64,000 nucleotides of DNA, taken from positions 124,001 to 188,000 of the forward strand of contig QPGO01000142.1 in the NCBI GenBank assembly GCA_008632985.1, written 5' to 3'. Position 1 is the stretch's first letter, and every line of letters begins with the position of its first letter. The stretch comes from Psammoneis japonica. Its lineage: Eukaryota. Made by a program: the position numbers and the translations under genes. The notes under the pieces are model-generated. The model ran no database searches, was not told the origin of the DNA, and saw only the letters and a list, made by a program, of their open reading frames with translations. Shown here piece after piece: positions 12,971 to 25,000 of this stretch.

Positions 12971-13118
12971 GAGAGAGAGCAAGCAACAGCAAAGCACCAA
13001 AAACTCCAGCGGTGGTCGTCTTACACAGCATGATTTCCATCGTGCACAGGGGAACACACAGGACATCGTGTTGAAATGTATATTCTTTGACAATTACACT
13101 GCTTAACCCACATTCATT

Positions 13119-13802
13119 CTACACCGTCATGACTTCCTTTTCTTTCTCAGACACAATCTTGTCAATCGACTTGACGCTGCTATCCGTAAGTTTCTGTACT
13201 TCATCAAGCCCATCCTTCATTTGATCTTCTCCTACCGTTCCAGCCTTTTCCAACTTTTTGACAGAATCTACTCCATCTCTTCGAATATTACGAACCGCCA
13301 CTTTGCCTTCTTCCCCGATAGCCTTGCACTGTTTGAGCATATCCTTGCGTCGATCTTCCGTCAGGGCAGGGATGTTGATGCGGATAATGGTTCCGTCGTT
13401 GTTGGGAGTCACGCCGGCATCCGATTCCACAATGGCTCGTTCAATGTCACCAAGGACAGACTTGTCGTAGGGCTCGACGGTGAGCTGTTGAGCACCCTGT
13501 GTCATGATGGTAGCCATTTGGTTGAGCGGAGTTGGGGCGCCATAGTAATCGACCGAAACGCGATCGAGAATGGCGGGATTCGCTCGACCTGTTCGTATCG
13601 TTAAGAGATTCTTCTTGACAGAGTCAACTGACTTGTTCATGCGGTCTTCTACGTCCATTGTCACTTCGTCAATCGATTCAAACGCATTTAGTTTTGTCAA
13701 TACAGGACGGCATGCAAAAGACCTTTGATGTCCAACGGTAAAAGCGCTCGTGGAAGTAACCATCATGGCACTCATGAGGAGCGTATGAAACAGAACTCTC
13801 AT
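13119..13802 (-). CDS. frr: Plastid-targeted ribosome recycling factor
   Basis: IRTGRANPAILDRVSVDYYG, PNNDGTIIRINIPALTEDRRK, KVAVRNIRRD. The N-terminus MRVLFHTLL...TSTSAFTV is a signal peptide with an ASAF-like cleavage motif followed by a transit peptide. Confidence 0.95.
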   Translation of the reverse strand: MRVLFHTLLMSAMMVTSTSAFTVGHQRSFACRPVLTKLNAFESIDEVTMDVEDRMNKSVDSVKKNLLTIRTGRANPAILDRVSVDYYGAPTPLNQMATIMTQGAQQLTVEPYDKSVLGDIERAIVESDAGVTPNNDGTIIRINIPALTEDRRKDMLKQCKAIGEEGKVAVRNIRRDGVDSVKKLEKAGTVGEDQMKDGLDEVQKLTDSSVKSIDKIVSEKEKEVMTV

Positions 13803-14080
13803 TGTCACAGAATCTTTCACTTGAACTAACAGTCGTCTGTAATGAAAACGAGGATTAAGAAGCGATTGTTGCCTCAGACTTGGACTGATGGATGACTGTA
13901 ACACAAAAAGATACCATTGTGACATCAACAGCCATCAACGCATCGCGAACACGTACGCGTGAAACGTACGCATTACAGACTGAATTTCGGTCGGAGGACG
14001 GATGTCCGTCCGTGCGTCCCCCCAAAAACGCAAAACAAAACCAACAAAACAACAAAACACCGGAAATCACGTCTGCGACC

Positions 14081-14845
14081 ATGGCGAAAAAGCGCAAAGA
14101 GAAAGCAGTGTCAAAGCCGCAAATAACGGAAAAGACTAAAAAGAAAAATGTCAGTGCTACGAATGGAAAACAAAAACCAACTCGACCGACTGGCTTCCCT
14201 CCAGAATTGCTCAAGAACAAAGTGTTTCAGAATAATTCTAAGTTACAAGTGTTGTATCCTGGTGCTGTCTTTGTAGCGAATAGTTTCCTTCTTCCAGAAG
14301 AGTGCCAGGCATGGATTGATTATTGTGACTCGAACAACATGGAGCACGTGGCGCATCCGGCGACGAAATGGATCGCAAATCGCGAATGCGGCCGGTTGCA
14401 GCTGGATGACTGGGTCATGGCGGATCGGCTTTTTGAACGTATGCAACAAACAATTTTACCTCAAGTCGCATCCCAAGTTGGCTTGAATACACCAAATTAC
14501 CATCCTGTGGCATGTAATGGAAACATTCGTCTCTACCGATACGACAAGGGCATGTCGTTTGGTCGGCATTTTGATGGATCGGACAAGATTGAGCGATATG
14601 AAAATGGCCACACGGAAATTACGGTACTCATTTATTTATCCGATTGTGTCGGTGGAGCCACACGCTTTTATCCGCCAAAGCGATCGAAAAGCTCTTTTTT
14701 CTTTGAGCCTCAAGGAGGAGCCATATTGCTTCACGTTCACGGGGACAGGTGTCTTGAACACGAGGCCGATCCCGTTCAACAGGGGGTCAAATATATTCTA
14801 AGAACCGATATTGTTTACGGCAGCAGTACGCATGTTCAACCGTGA
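14081..14845 (+). CDS. 2OG-Fe(II) oxygenase, prolyl-4-hydroxylase-like
   Basis: RLYRYDKGMSFGRHFD (HxD), TVLIYL..GGATRF, HEADPV..GVKYILRTD (distal His and 2OG-binding residues). Lys-rich N-terminus. Divergent from RRF across ~280 bp. Confidence 0.9.
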   Translation: MAKKRKEKAVSKPQITEKTKKKNVSATNGKQKPTRPTGFPPELLKNKVFQNNSKLQVLYPGAVFVANSFLLPEECQAWIDYCDSNNMEHVAHPATKWIANRECGRLQLDDWVMADRLFERMQQTILPQVASQVGLNTPNYHPVACNGNIRLYRYDKGMSFGRHFDGSDKIERYENGHTEITVLIYLSDCVGGATRFYPPKRSKSSFFFEPQGGAILLHVHGDRCLEHEADPVQQGVKYILRTDIVYGSSTHVQP

Positions 14846-14949
14846 AGATACAGTACACAAAAAGCACGTGTTTGTAAATAAAACGATTCTATTCAAAATT
14901 TATCGCACCATGTGCATTATGAACTACAAACAAAGTTCTTGTAACTTTG

Positions 14950-16190
14950 CTAATCGACGCGCAAGGCCCTCTTTCCACCTTTTCCTTTGCCACCTGTCTT
15001 TCTTCCGTAATATCCTTCTGAAGACCCTTTGCCTTTCGAGCGGTACTTGTTCCTTGCATACGAGTAGTGGCTGGAACCTTTGGAACCGCCCTTGTCACCA
15101 CATTTTTTCTTTTTCCTAGCAGGTGAAGGGAGGGGCCCAGGCGAAGGTCCAGGCGAAGGTCCAGGCGAAGGTCCAGGCGAAGGCCCAGGCGAAGGCCCAG
15201 GCGAAGGCCCAGGCGAAGGCCCACGTGCAGGCCCAGGCGAAGGTCCACGTGCTGGCCCAGGCGAAGGCCCAGGCGAGACACCGGGTCCATTTTTGGAATA
15301 TTTTCTTGGTTTCCACATCATTTTTTTCTTGTTGTGCATGGGACCTAGACCTTTCGTCCAACTCTGATAATGGAGAGGACCGGGCGTCCTCATGGCATGC
15401 TTTGTGGGTGACGGTCCAGGAGACTTAAGGGACTTCTGCATTCCTTTAGTTGGGTGGGTCTTGTTCACTTGCATCTTGTTCTTGCTATGGCCGTCAGAAT
15501 GCCAACCAAGTTTGACGTTCTTGTTGGTTTGCTGTCTGCTGTCCACAGAAGTTGGCGAGGAGAGGTTTGCTGCTCGTACGTGTCTCTTGTCTGGCTTGAC
15601 GATTCAACTGACCTCAGCCTGAATGTGGAGTGGTACCATTCACTCATGTCTCAGTATCTTCTAAAATAACAGTAACATCCAACAACAACTCCACTTCGCC
15701 ACCGTCGACATGCTTTGTAGTCAGAATCCCTTCGATGCCCGACTTGTCATCGCTAGACACGTGTGTTAGTCCTCCAGTTTTCCCCTCATTGTCTGTACAG
15801 ATTTCTGAGACTTGAACATCTACATCATCCACCATTGACTGAAGAAAGTCGGATGCGTCCACCTGTTCCATAGGGTCCTCGATTCGAACGAGAAACCCGC
15901 GGAAATGCTCTTTGCCTTGGGCCGCAGCTCGCACCTCGATCCTGTGTGGATTCATGGCAGTAACATCTAGTCGCTGGTCGGCGTCCAGCATTTTCCCATC
16001 AAGAAAAACCTGGAATCCTTGTTCTGCCAACAAACCGGTTACAATGTTTTTCGACTTGTGTGTGCTTGACATAAAGTCTCCGCCGCTGCATTCGAGGAGC
16101 CTTTCGACAGGATTCGCTGTGCAAGGGCGCCGACCAAAAGCAAGTGCTGCAGTAACGGCACAATACGAGATAGAGCTGGAAAACCCTCAT
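14950..16190 (-). pseudogene. Secreted Reeler-domain protein with (GPSP)n linker and Lys/Gly-rich tail; apparent frameshifts (pseudogene or assembly indels)
   Basis: FRGFLVRI and GLTHVSSDDKS are Reeler-like. A signal peptide appears if one G is removed from atgagggttt at ~16185. Further frame changes are needed at ~15650 and ~15600 to reach the GPSP/KGKG frame. Confidence 0.55.
15134..15277. repeat. 12 x 12-bp coding minisatellite (ggYccaggcgaa) encoding Gly-Pro-Ser-Pro on the minus strand
   Basis: Directly visible; two variant units (ggYccacgtgcW) encode GPAR. Confidence 0.95.
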
Positions 16191-16795
16191 GATGTGTCTC
16201 CACTGTGATCCACTCTGTTTCGCCTCTTGATATTGTGAGACAAATTGAATGAGCCGCTTTCGTGGCAAGCGACTTTTCGTGTGGATTCCCATTATTTTTA
16301 TGTTTGTCCCGTTTAACGCTTCGCTTTCCTATTCCCTATAAGTAGGATTGGTCATCCTCAAGACATTATGTTAAATAACGAAAACCGTTTTCGGCTGGCC
16401 CCGAAGTCACGAGAACTTTGTTTATGTCTGACGGGATCAGTACAGTACGAAGGAACACGAAAAAGCAGAGTCAATCAACGTGACGTGATCCTCATCTCCA
16501 TCCTTGCCATCCATCCAAATGATATGCTTTGCTCAGTGAATGCTTCTCGCTAAGATGCTGCGATGATGCTTTAGATAGCCAGGCAAAAGTAACGGAAGCA
16601 GCTGGATGATTGGCCCTTCATTTCTACATAAGCAACAAGCAACTACTCCTACGTCGTAGTGAACCATGGCATTGACAGCAAATTTTAGATTGAAACCATG
16701 TTATTTTTTTACAATATGCAACTCTGGGTACCTGGTTGCCAAGCAATCATTGGCACCGCTACTGACAATCACTGGAATGGATATCTACCCAGAAC

Positions 16796-18519
16796 TTAGA
16801 CGCTGTCTTCTCCGCTGATACTCTCTTCTTCGATTTCCCTCAACTTATGTTCAGTCATGGTCTGCGAGACAGGAATCCCATGTTCCATTTGGCTATTTTG
16901 CTCTTTGAGGGAAACCCACCTATCAATGTCAATGTCATCGCCATCGAGTAGGAGCAACTCCCATCCCTCAAAAAAACGAGGCAGAAAGAATAGACGTGCG
17001 GGGATGCACAAGAAGGTCATCAAGGGGAAAGCGATTGCGATCGGCTTGTAGTTCTGAACAAAGAACACGAGACCAAAGAAGCAGAACTCAAGACAAGTGT
17101 ACATGTGAACTCTCTTCTTCTTCATGTACTTGTTGAAGAAAGGCGTCTCGGGGTACTTGCTGGGTTGCATAAAGAAGAGGAGGAAGCGTCCCCACAATTC
17201 AATACCTGCGAGGCTTGAAAGCCCCATAAACAGAAACACTCCGTACAATACGGGAAGAGGCAGGAGCTTGAGTGCATCCAATGCAAAGATTGAACATAGA
17301 ACCAGCACGTGCGAGAAGAAGTGCGTCAATCTTGTCTCCTGAACGTTAAGGATCTCGCCATCACGGTCCTTCACGGAAAGGGCATTGACATGGACCATAC
17401 AAGGGACGGTTGTGGCGACAAGAGGCGGGAGGCCAAGAGCAGCGTTTACAAGGTTGAAGAAACCAGAAAGAATCAAGTCGTAATTGTACGCTTCACCGTG
17501 TCTGGAGCAAATACAGCAGGAGAAATAAAGGCGTGAGCGCTTCTGTTCAGATTCCAACGTGGTATCCTGATTTCCCGAAATCCTTGTACTTACTGGAGCT
17601 TGTTGCTCGGGTGAGCGATAAGATGCCAAGTGATACCATTGTCGAGGTATACCAAAAGGAAAGCGAGAACAGCTGGACCGGCCGCCATAATGGGAACCCA
17701 TGCCTTGCCGTTAAGGTTGCCGTAATCGACGAGCCAGTCACGAGTTCCCCATGACTCGTCTTGTTCAGGGCAGTCTTCGGGAAACGCCGTCGTACAAGAA
17801 GAGTCGCAGCACTGAAAGGTGGGTTCAATCGCGTCAGGAACCTTGAGAGTCTGGAGCGTTACTTCATCGTTCCAAATCCTGCTAATGCCGGTCCAAATAA
17901 GGACGGACAGGATGACCGCAAAGTCCGCAATGAATGTACGACAAAAGTCGTTGGGGAGAAAGCTCGAAAAGCGGAAACCACGGAAGAAAAAGATTGTAAA
18001 CGTGGTACCAAGACCGAGGATAAGACTTAGGAAGGCGACGGACAGATAGTTGTAGTTAGGGTCATCTGCGTTGTCTTCGTGGTGAGGATGATCTTTCTCG
18101 AAGTATCGCAACATTCCAGAGGTGGAGAATGGATCACCGAGGGCATCCATGACAAAAATACTGACAATCAAGCCGGCAAACACTTCATCGGTGAAGCGAG
18201 TCGCCAACCGGACGTAGCGAGTTAAGTCAAAGAAGCCTGAAATGACGGTGTAGATGAAGACCCAGACAAATACCCACGCGTTGAAGGTTAGGAAAGGGAC
18301 GCCAACATTGTCAGCGATATCAAAAAGGACGGTGGTCATAATGGAGAGAGGACCAGTGGACCCAATGATGCACATGGGCTGTCCTCCAATAAGGGCAAAG
18401 GTCGATCCGACCCAGCCAGTTGCAATAAGGGTTTCGATGGCACCCATGTATCCATTGGTGATATTGGTGTACACAGCACCAAAGGTCAAAGTTGGGACAA
18501 TGACGGAGATGAACATGAG
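16796..18519 (-). CDS. SLC4/BOR-family bicarbonate (anion) transporter, 5' end lost in the assembly gap; intron 17593-17502
   Basis: PTLTFGA, GGQPMCIIGSTGP, VRLATRFTDEVFA, VQETRLT, LPLPVLYGVFLFMG. The GTAAGT...CAG intron joins NKLQ to HGEAY in frame. Confidence 0.92.
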
Positions 18520-18988
18520 NNNNNNNNNNNNNNNNNNNNNNNNNNNNNNNNNNNNNNNNNNNNNNNNNNNNNNNNNNNNNNNNNNNNNNNNNNNNNNNNN
18601 NNNNNNNNNNNNNNNNNNNNNNNNNNNNNNNNNNNNNNNNNNNNNNNNNNNNNNNNNNNNNNNNNNNNNNNNNNNNNNNNNNNNNNNNNNNNNNNNNNNN
18701 NNNNNNNNNNNNNNNNNNNNNNNNNNNNNNNNNNNNNNNNNNNNNNNNNNNNNNNNNNNNNNNNNNNNNNNNNNNNNNNNNNNNNNNNNNNNNNNNNNNN
18801 NNNNNNNNNNNNNNNNNNNNNNNNNNNNNNNNNNNNNNNNNNNNNNNNNNNNNNNNNNNNNNNNNNNNNNNNNNNNNNNNNNNNNNNNNNNNNNNNNNNN
18901 NNNNNNNNNNNNNNNNNNNNNNNNNNNNNNNNNNNNNNNNNNNNNNNNNNNNNNNNNNNNNNNNNNNNNNNNNNNNNNNNNNNNNNNN
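18520..18988. other. Assembly gap (469 N)
   Basis: Run of N. Confidence 1.
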
Positions 18989-21900
18989 ATCATGACGTAT
19001 ACATATATTTTAAATAAGATTTGAATATATTTAATTGAACAATCATTCGCATTTTTTTCATCCATTCATTTAAATGATTTAAATTGTGACGTCAAACTCG
19101 TTCTTCAGCTGACGTCAATTGGAACAGTGGGCCTCGAACCTTTGCCAAAAGGTTTTCTTTATTTTGGCCTTGCATGCATTGCATTGGCCTGTTGCTTTTG
19201 GCTTCATGTTTTGGAGTGAAATTTCTGCAAACAAGAGCATGAGAGGATCAGCTGCAACTTGGCTCTTTGCAGAAATCCCCTGCCCCCCCCACACACACAC
19301 ACACTTTTTTTCAAAGTCACACCTCCTGCCTGGTGTGTGGGGCTGCTCTGCTTGCTGCCTGCTGGCTGTGTGTTTGAGCTGGTGACTGGGCTGCTTTGCC
19401 CCACACTGCACAGGCCAAGCTTGATGACAAGCACAAAGGCAGTTGCAAAAATTGCTGCTTGCAACTGCTGCAAGACTGTTCTTTCTCAACCAGTGCACTC
19501 TTTGCACACACCATGAAATGTTCGAAGGGTCGCGCAAATCATGCACTCTTTCTTGTTTCAAGCACACACACACATGAGAGTTTTTCCATCCACAATTTGG
19601 GATCCACTGGCAAACACTGCACACAGTGAACAGCTTGTGCACAAAGTGTTTGTGCACTCGGCAGCATGAAGTTGGCAAGGAGCAATCAAGTGCACAACCC
19701 CAACCACATGCCAGGCCAGCACAGCATTTGCTCAGTGGACTCAGTGCAAGCAATGTGGGCTTGTGCAGTGTGCAAGCACATTGTTTGTGTCATGCACCCT
19801 CACCTCTAAAAGGCTTGCACTGTGTGCACTGCAAGGCATTTGCTGCTTTGCCAGCAGCACAGCAGCACATGCTGCAGCAACTTGCCATTGCCACCTGGTG
19901 CCCCAGGCAGCTGTCAGCACAGGAGCAGGCACAAGCAAATGACATGCAAGAAAGAGGCACACGTTGGGGTTTGTCATTGCTCTCAATGGGGGGCACTTGC
20001 CAACAAGTTTGGCAATCTTGCCATGAAAGCAGCAAAGGACACCACAGTGTGCAAGATGAAAATGTTCATTAAGAAAAATTGTGTTTCTGAGATGCACAAA
20101 CAAAGCCGAGTGTGTTTGCAGCTGTGAGACATGTGTGTGGCACACTGGCCACATGCAGGGCAGTGGCCAAACTGTGGTGTGATTTTGTGTGCTGGGGAAA
20201 TGCACACTGCTTGTTGTGAACAGACACCCTGTCACATGCAGAGAGATTTGACAATCTCTCACACACTTTTCATCTGATCTGGCATGTGCTTGTTGCCATC
20301 CCAGGTGTTGTTGGATCATCCAATGGCTGCTGATTTGCAAGGTCATGAGCAGCGCTGTGCTGCACCATCTCTTTCCCATGTCATGTGCATTTGATGGTTT
20401 TCCATTGAGATGTGGCCATCATCACCACATCTGCCATTTTTCTTTCTTGACTGCAGCAATCACAATGGCCACCAAACACACACCAGAGCTCTGCACAGGA
20501 TTTTGATTTGTTTTTCCCAGCAGAGCCATGGTTCTGAGGAGCACAAATGCCATTGATTTGGTTGCCTCATGCCTGCACATGCACCCAGATGCATTTTGTT
20601 CCAACAAGACAGGCCCAAATCCAAAGTTCTTTTGAAATAATTTTTGCACACCTTGATCTTAAGAAAAACACTCTTGTGATTCTTTGTCTGGACCAACCAC
20701 CAACAAAGCTCCTCCTCTCTTTGTCAGGTTTTTCCAATGCCCTCCAACTTGTCTTGACAAGGCCAATCTTTGCAAGGTTGTGATTGAAGTGCCACAAGAT
20801 GGTGCCAGCATGTGTGGGCCAATGAGATGTCTTCTGTGTTTGTTGTGACAAATGAGAACAAGACACTTTCTGCTCTTTGCTGCAAGTTGTCTTCCTCACC
20901 CTCCACCTTTTGATGTGCTGGCTGAGCTTCTGGTTCAGCCCTTGAAGAGGGTTCTTGAGGAGGCTGGGCATCTCTTGTGGTGCCAACAACTGCTTGGCAG
21001 CCCCAGCAATCAACATGTTTGTGCCGCACACACAAGCACACAAAGGGCACACCAAATTTAAAAACCATGCCAACCCAGTGCTTGGTGTTTGCCTCCACCA
21101 ACAAGCATTCTGGTGAAACAAATCAAAACTCCTGTCAGTCCTCTCATTGCCTGCATGGCTGGTCAGGCTTGCCAAGGTCTCACTGTCAATTCTGCTGCTT
21201 TTGCTGGCAAGCTGTCAAAGAGTGCAGATCATCAGCCTGGCTGTGTTGGATGCAATGAAAAAGAGAGGTCTGTTGGGTTGCAGCAAACAACCACCACTCG
21301 TGTGTCCTCCCTGGCATTGTTTTTGTTTCTTCCAAGGCTGCCCACTGAGGAGTTGGCTTTGCTGCTGTTTTTTCTTTTCACCAGGAGGTTGTTGTGAAAA
21401 ACACATGTGTGTGGACCCAGGTGGCAAGCAGCAGAGGATGATGATTTCTTCAGTGAGGAGAACCCAAATGTGACATTTGCCCATCTGGTGCCAGCACTTC
21501 TGGTCAATGTGTGGACCTGTGTGAATGATCACATCTCATCATTGAGAACATGATCTGGGCAAGATGCCAGTCAGTGCTGATCTTCACATTTGACTCAGGC
21601 TGTGTTTTCCTGCTGCTCTGCCTGTGAATCAAGCTGTGCTTTCTGAGGACCAACAGGCTGCCCCAGCCAATGGATTTTACTTCAACACCATGTGCCTTGA
21701 GTTGCCATCTTTTGGTGTTTGCTTGCCAGCATGCCACGCACATTCCTTGGTGGTTTCCTTGCCCCCATGGTGTGAGAGAGACATTCTTTGACAGGACAAC
21801 AATGTGGACAAGGTCAAGATTGCAAAGCATGTCTGTTTTGAGGAAGGCACAAATGTTGCTCACATGCAGCACATGATCATGATGTGTTTCATTGAGCTTG

Positions 21901-23894
21901 TGATGAGTCACTGAGGCTTGCAGCCACTGTTGTGCTGCTGCGCCATCTTTGCACACATTTGCCAACCAAGTGTCTGACATCATTGCTTGTGTTTGTTCTT
22001 TGCAGGCCTTGTTGTGTGCCACCTCTTCCCAACAATGAACAAGCACACACCATCAGACATCTTGGCTGTCATGACAATCTTTGGTGGAACACATCTGCTT
22101 GAACTTGTCTGGATTGTGGGGAGTCTGGCAGCAACATGGAGGGATTTGATTGCATGGCAAGCACTTGCACAGGTTGCTGTTGGCTCTCTTTGTGATTGTT
22201 CTTCAGCTGCATGGTCTCAGTGCCCACTGTGGAATTCACAGAAAGGTGCTCAACATGCAGCAACAGGATGGAACAACATCAACCACCTGGTGGATGAGAC
22301 AACAGAGACCAAAAGCAATGAAACAATGCAGCCACCAGAGATGCTTGTGAGCAGAGGAGAGAACAGCAGTGTTGTTGTCAATGTGGAGTTGGGTGAGAAG
22401 AAGGGCCAAGACCACCTGCAAGTGCAGGACTGCACCCAAGGACTTCCAAAAAGGTGACTTGTGTTGCACCAACTCTGTCGCTCTCTGCATCATTTGCTGG
22501 CCTTGGAGTTCCCTGCATGTTCACACTGCAGCAATCTAGAAGTCTGCTGGATCTTTTTCCTTCAATGACAACAACTGGGCCTGCAAAATGGAAGAGACTG
22601 GGCAACAACCCAGAGTCAATGAGATGGACATTTTTTTCAGGCATGGGAACTGGCGTGGCACCACATGCAGATTCAGTTCCAGACATGTGTGGTGGCGCAC
22701 TCCAAATTGTCATGCAAGTGATGATGGGTTGAAGTTTGAATGGCTTCAGTTGCAGATGTGACTGGACGCTGTGCTTTTTTTTGGCTCTGTGCAGTCATTT
22801 CATTTTTTCATCATCACTTCACACAAACCCTGCCTTGGAGTCCTTCATTTTCACCACCATTGCTTTTGTGCCACACACTTAAAAAAGATTGCAACAGCCC
22901 ATGGAAACCAAGACACCAGCCCGGATTGTGCACATCACACATTGCTTTTTGCTTTGATTCAGCCAGACCCTGGTGTCAATGCTGTGGGAGTTGTGAGGAT
23001 GGATGCCAACAACAAAACTGCTCCCCATCATTTGGAAAGAACATTTGAAAACAGGCGCTTTGTTTGAGATGTGTGTTTTTGCTGTGTGGATGAGGGGTGG
23101 AAAAGATGCAGAGCCAAGCTTTGATTTGACATCAAAGTGCAAGCCATGTTGTTGTCTGTTTTGTTGTTGATTGTCGCTCACTGGATTTTGTGTGACACAA
23201 GTTGGAGAGAATGAAAACAGACACAGCACTGCCCCCTCCACAGTGAGAACAGCACCTCTTGTCAATCTGAGCTGGAGAGAGCAGTGTGTGTGAACCAGAC
23301 AAACACCATCACTTAGAAGCCACAGCATCTGCTCTTGTGCACAGCCAGGTTTCTTTTGTTTCTTGTCTTCCAGTGGATGTTCCAACAGCCTCACTTGCAT
23401 TGCAGTGTGTTTCATCCGTCGTTGTTGTCGTGCTTTGCTGTGGTGAAGCACCAAAAATCAGCACCCAAAACAGAAAGGAACCCGGCAATTGAGAAACCCG
23501 GAAGCATCTCCAATCTGTGACAAAATCACGCAATTTTTGAACATGCATGACCGAAGGTCATGCTTTTTTTGTCTGCCCGTGTGTCTTCGCTTTTGCCCCC
23601 ACAGCATGAAATTCTCAATCTGTGGCTGTCGGAGTCGCACAAATGCGCTCTGTTGACAATGACCCGCTCACCGTCGTTGCCGCTTGTGTGGCATGGCACT
23701 TTCATTGACGTGGGCACATCCTTCATTGTCTGACACACCTCGTGATGTGTTGGTGGATTGCTGAGGTGGCACGTGTGGCATTGCCGGTTGCCGTTTGTTC
23801 AAGTGCCGATGATTGAGGATTTCATTTTTGCACAGAATTTGTGTGGATGTCTGCAGGGCATCATTTTTGGTGTCAAGAGCATGCACTTGATTTG

Positions 23895-24290
23895 AGTGCC
23901 CCAAGTTTGTTGTGGATGATGACATGTTCCAGCTCCAGGTGGGACCTCGCACTGCTGAACTGCGACACAATTGTTTTTCATCATCCGTCGCATGTTTTGC
24001 ACGCACATTTCTGCATGTTCTGTTGTAAAAAAAAGTTCCACACTGCCTGTTTTGCGAAGCCAAAGGCTTTCTGTAACCCCACATTTGTGTCAACAAAAAT
24101 GCACTGGGTGCATTCTTTGGTGTCTGAAGAACACACCCGGGCATGCTGTGAAGAATGCACTTCAAATGTGGAGGAGGAGACACATTCGCAAAATTGCCTC
24201 TTTTTCTGTTGGCGATCATTCATGTGTCCATTGCTTGACAATTTTGCTGCGGAGCTCGCACACAGAATTCTACAGGCCCAATGTCACAAA
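23895..24290 (+). repeat. Dispersed repeat (~400 bp); inverted copy at ~59350-59740
   Basis: gttccagctc..ggtgggacctc..ctgctgaactg, gaagaacacacc, gtggaggaggagacacattc and cattgcttgaca..gcccaatgtcaca all match the reverse complement of 59350-59740. Confidence 0.8.
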
Positions 24291-24594
24291 AAGTCCCACC
24301 CAGGACTGGAACCCGTCTGATCCAGATTGTTGCATTTTGATGTCCAGTTGATGAGACGTGTCGATTCATGCCTTGGTGTTGCAGCACAGAACAGTGTGGG
24401 AGCAATGCAAGCAGCTTTCATCGCCATGGCCGCATCATTTTTTGCGTCAAAAATTTGGTGAGGGTCATTCTCGTTTTTGTGTGAGATTTTCAGATCCATT
24501 TAATCTGTTTTTTGTGGATTTTCAATGGGGTGTGTGCACACCTGCGTCACATCCGTTGAATCCCATGTGCAACACTCAGCTCTGCAGTGCCAGT

Positions 24595-25000
24595 TGCAAC
24601 TTTCTCTCTGGGGTCCTTGAGGTTGTGAATGCAAACTTTCTTGCTGGTGTTCCTGACGTTCCATGCATGCAAACTTCTCGAGCTTGCATTCCGGGTGGGG
24701 GGCCACAAACTTTCTCACAGGGGCTCCTGATGCTCGCCTCTAGAAACTTCTCGCGCTTGCGTTCCTGGGGGGCTGCAAACTTCTCTCGGGGCTTCCTGAC
24801 GCTCTACAAACTTCTCGTGCTTGCGTTCCTTGGGGGCTGGAAACTTTCTCGTGTTGGTTCCTGGTGCTCTACAAACTTCTCGTGCTTGCTTTCCTGGGGG
24901 GCTGCAAACACTTTCTCGCGGGGTTTCCAGACGCTTTGCAAACTTCCTCACGCTTGTGTTCCTTGGGGCTGCAAACTTTCTCTGGGGGTTCCTTGGGTGC
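24595..25000. repeat. Minisatellite: ~32-bp monomers arranged as ~65-bp dimers, about 6 dimers
   Basis: Alternating gcaaactttctc..ggg.tcctgacgctct and acaaacttctcgtgcttgcgttcctgggggct units. Confidence 0.85.

Noticed and set aside
14081..14845. 2OG-Fe(II) oxygenase as the TA-modifying enzyme
   Set aside because: Motifs are prolyl-4-hydroxylase-like rather than TET/JBP or AlkB; proximity alone is not evidence.
17590..19065. 491-aa ORF spanning the N run
   Set aside because: Artefact of translating through the gap; only the part below 18520 is SLC4.
19125..24285. Possible TIR pair ca(g/t)tgggcct bounding a 5-kb element
   Set aside because: Only ~10 bp with a mismatch and no flanking duplication.
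24595..25000. CRISPR-like array
   Set aside because: Units are degenerate tandem monomers without unique spacers, there are no cas genes, and the context is eukaryotic.
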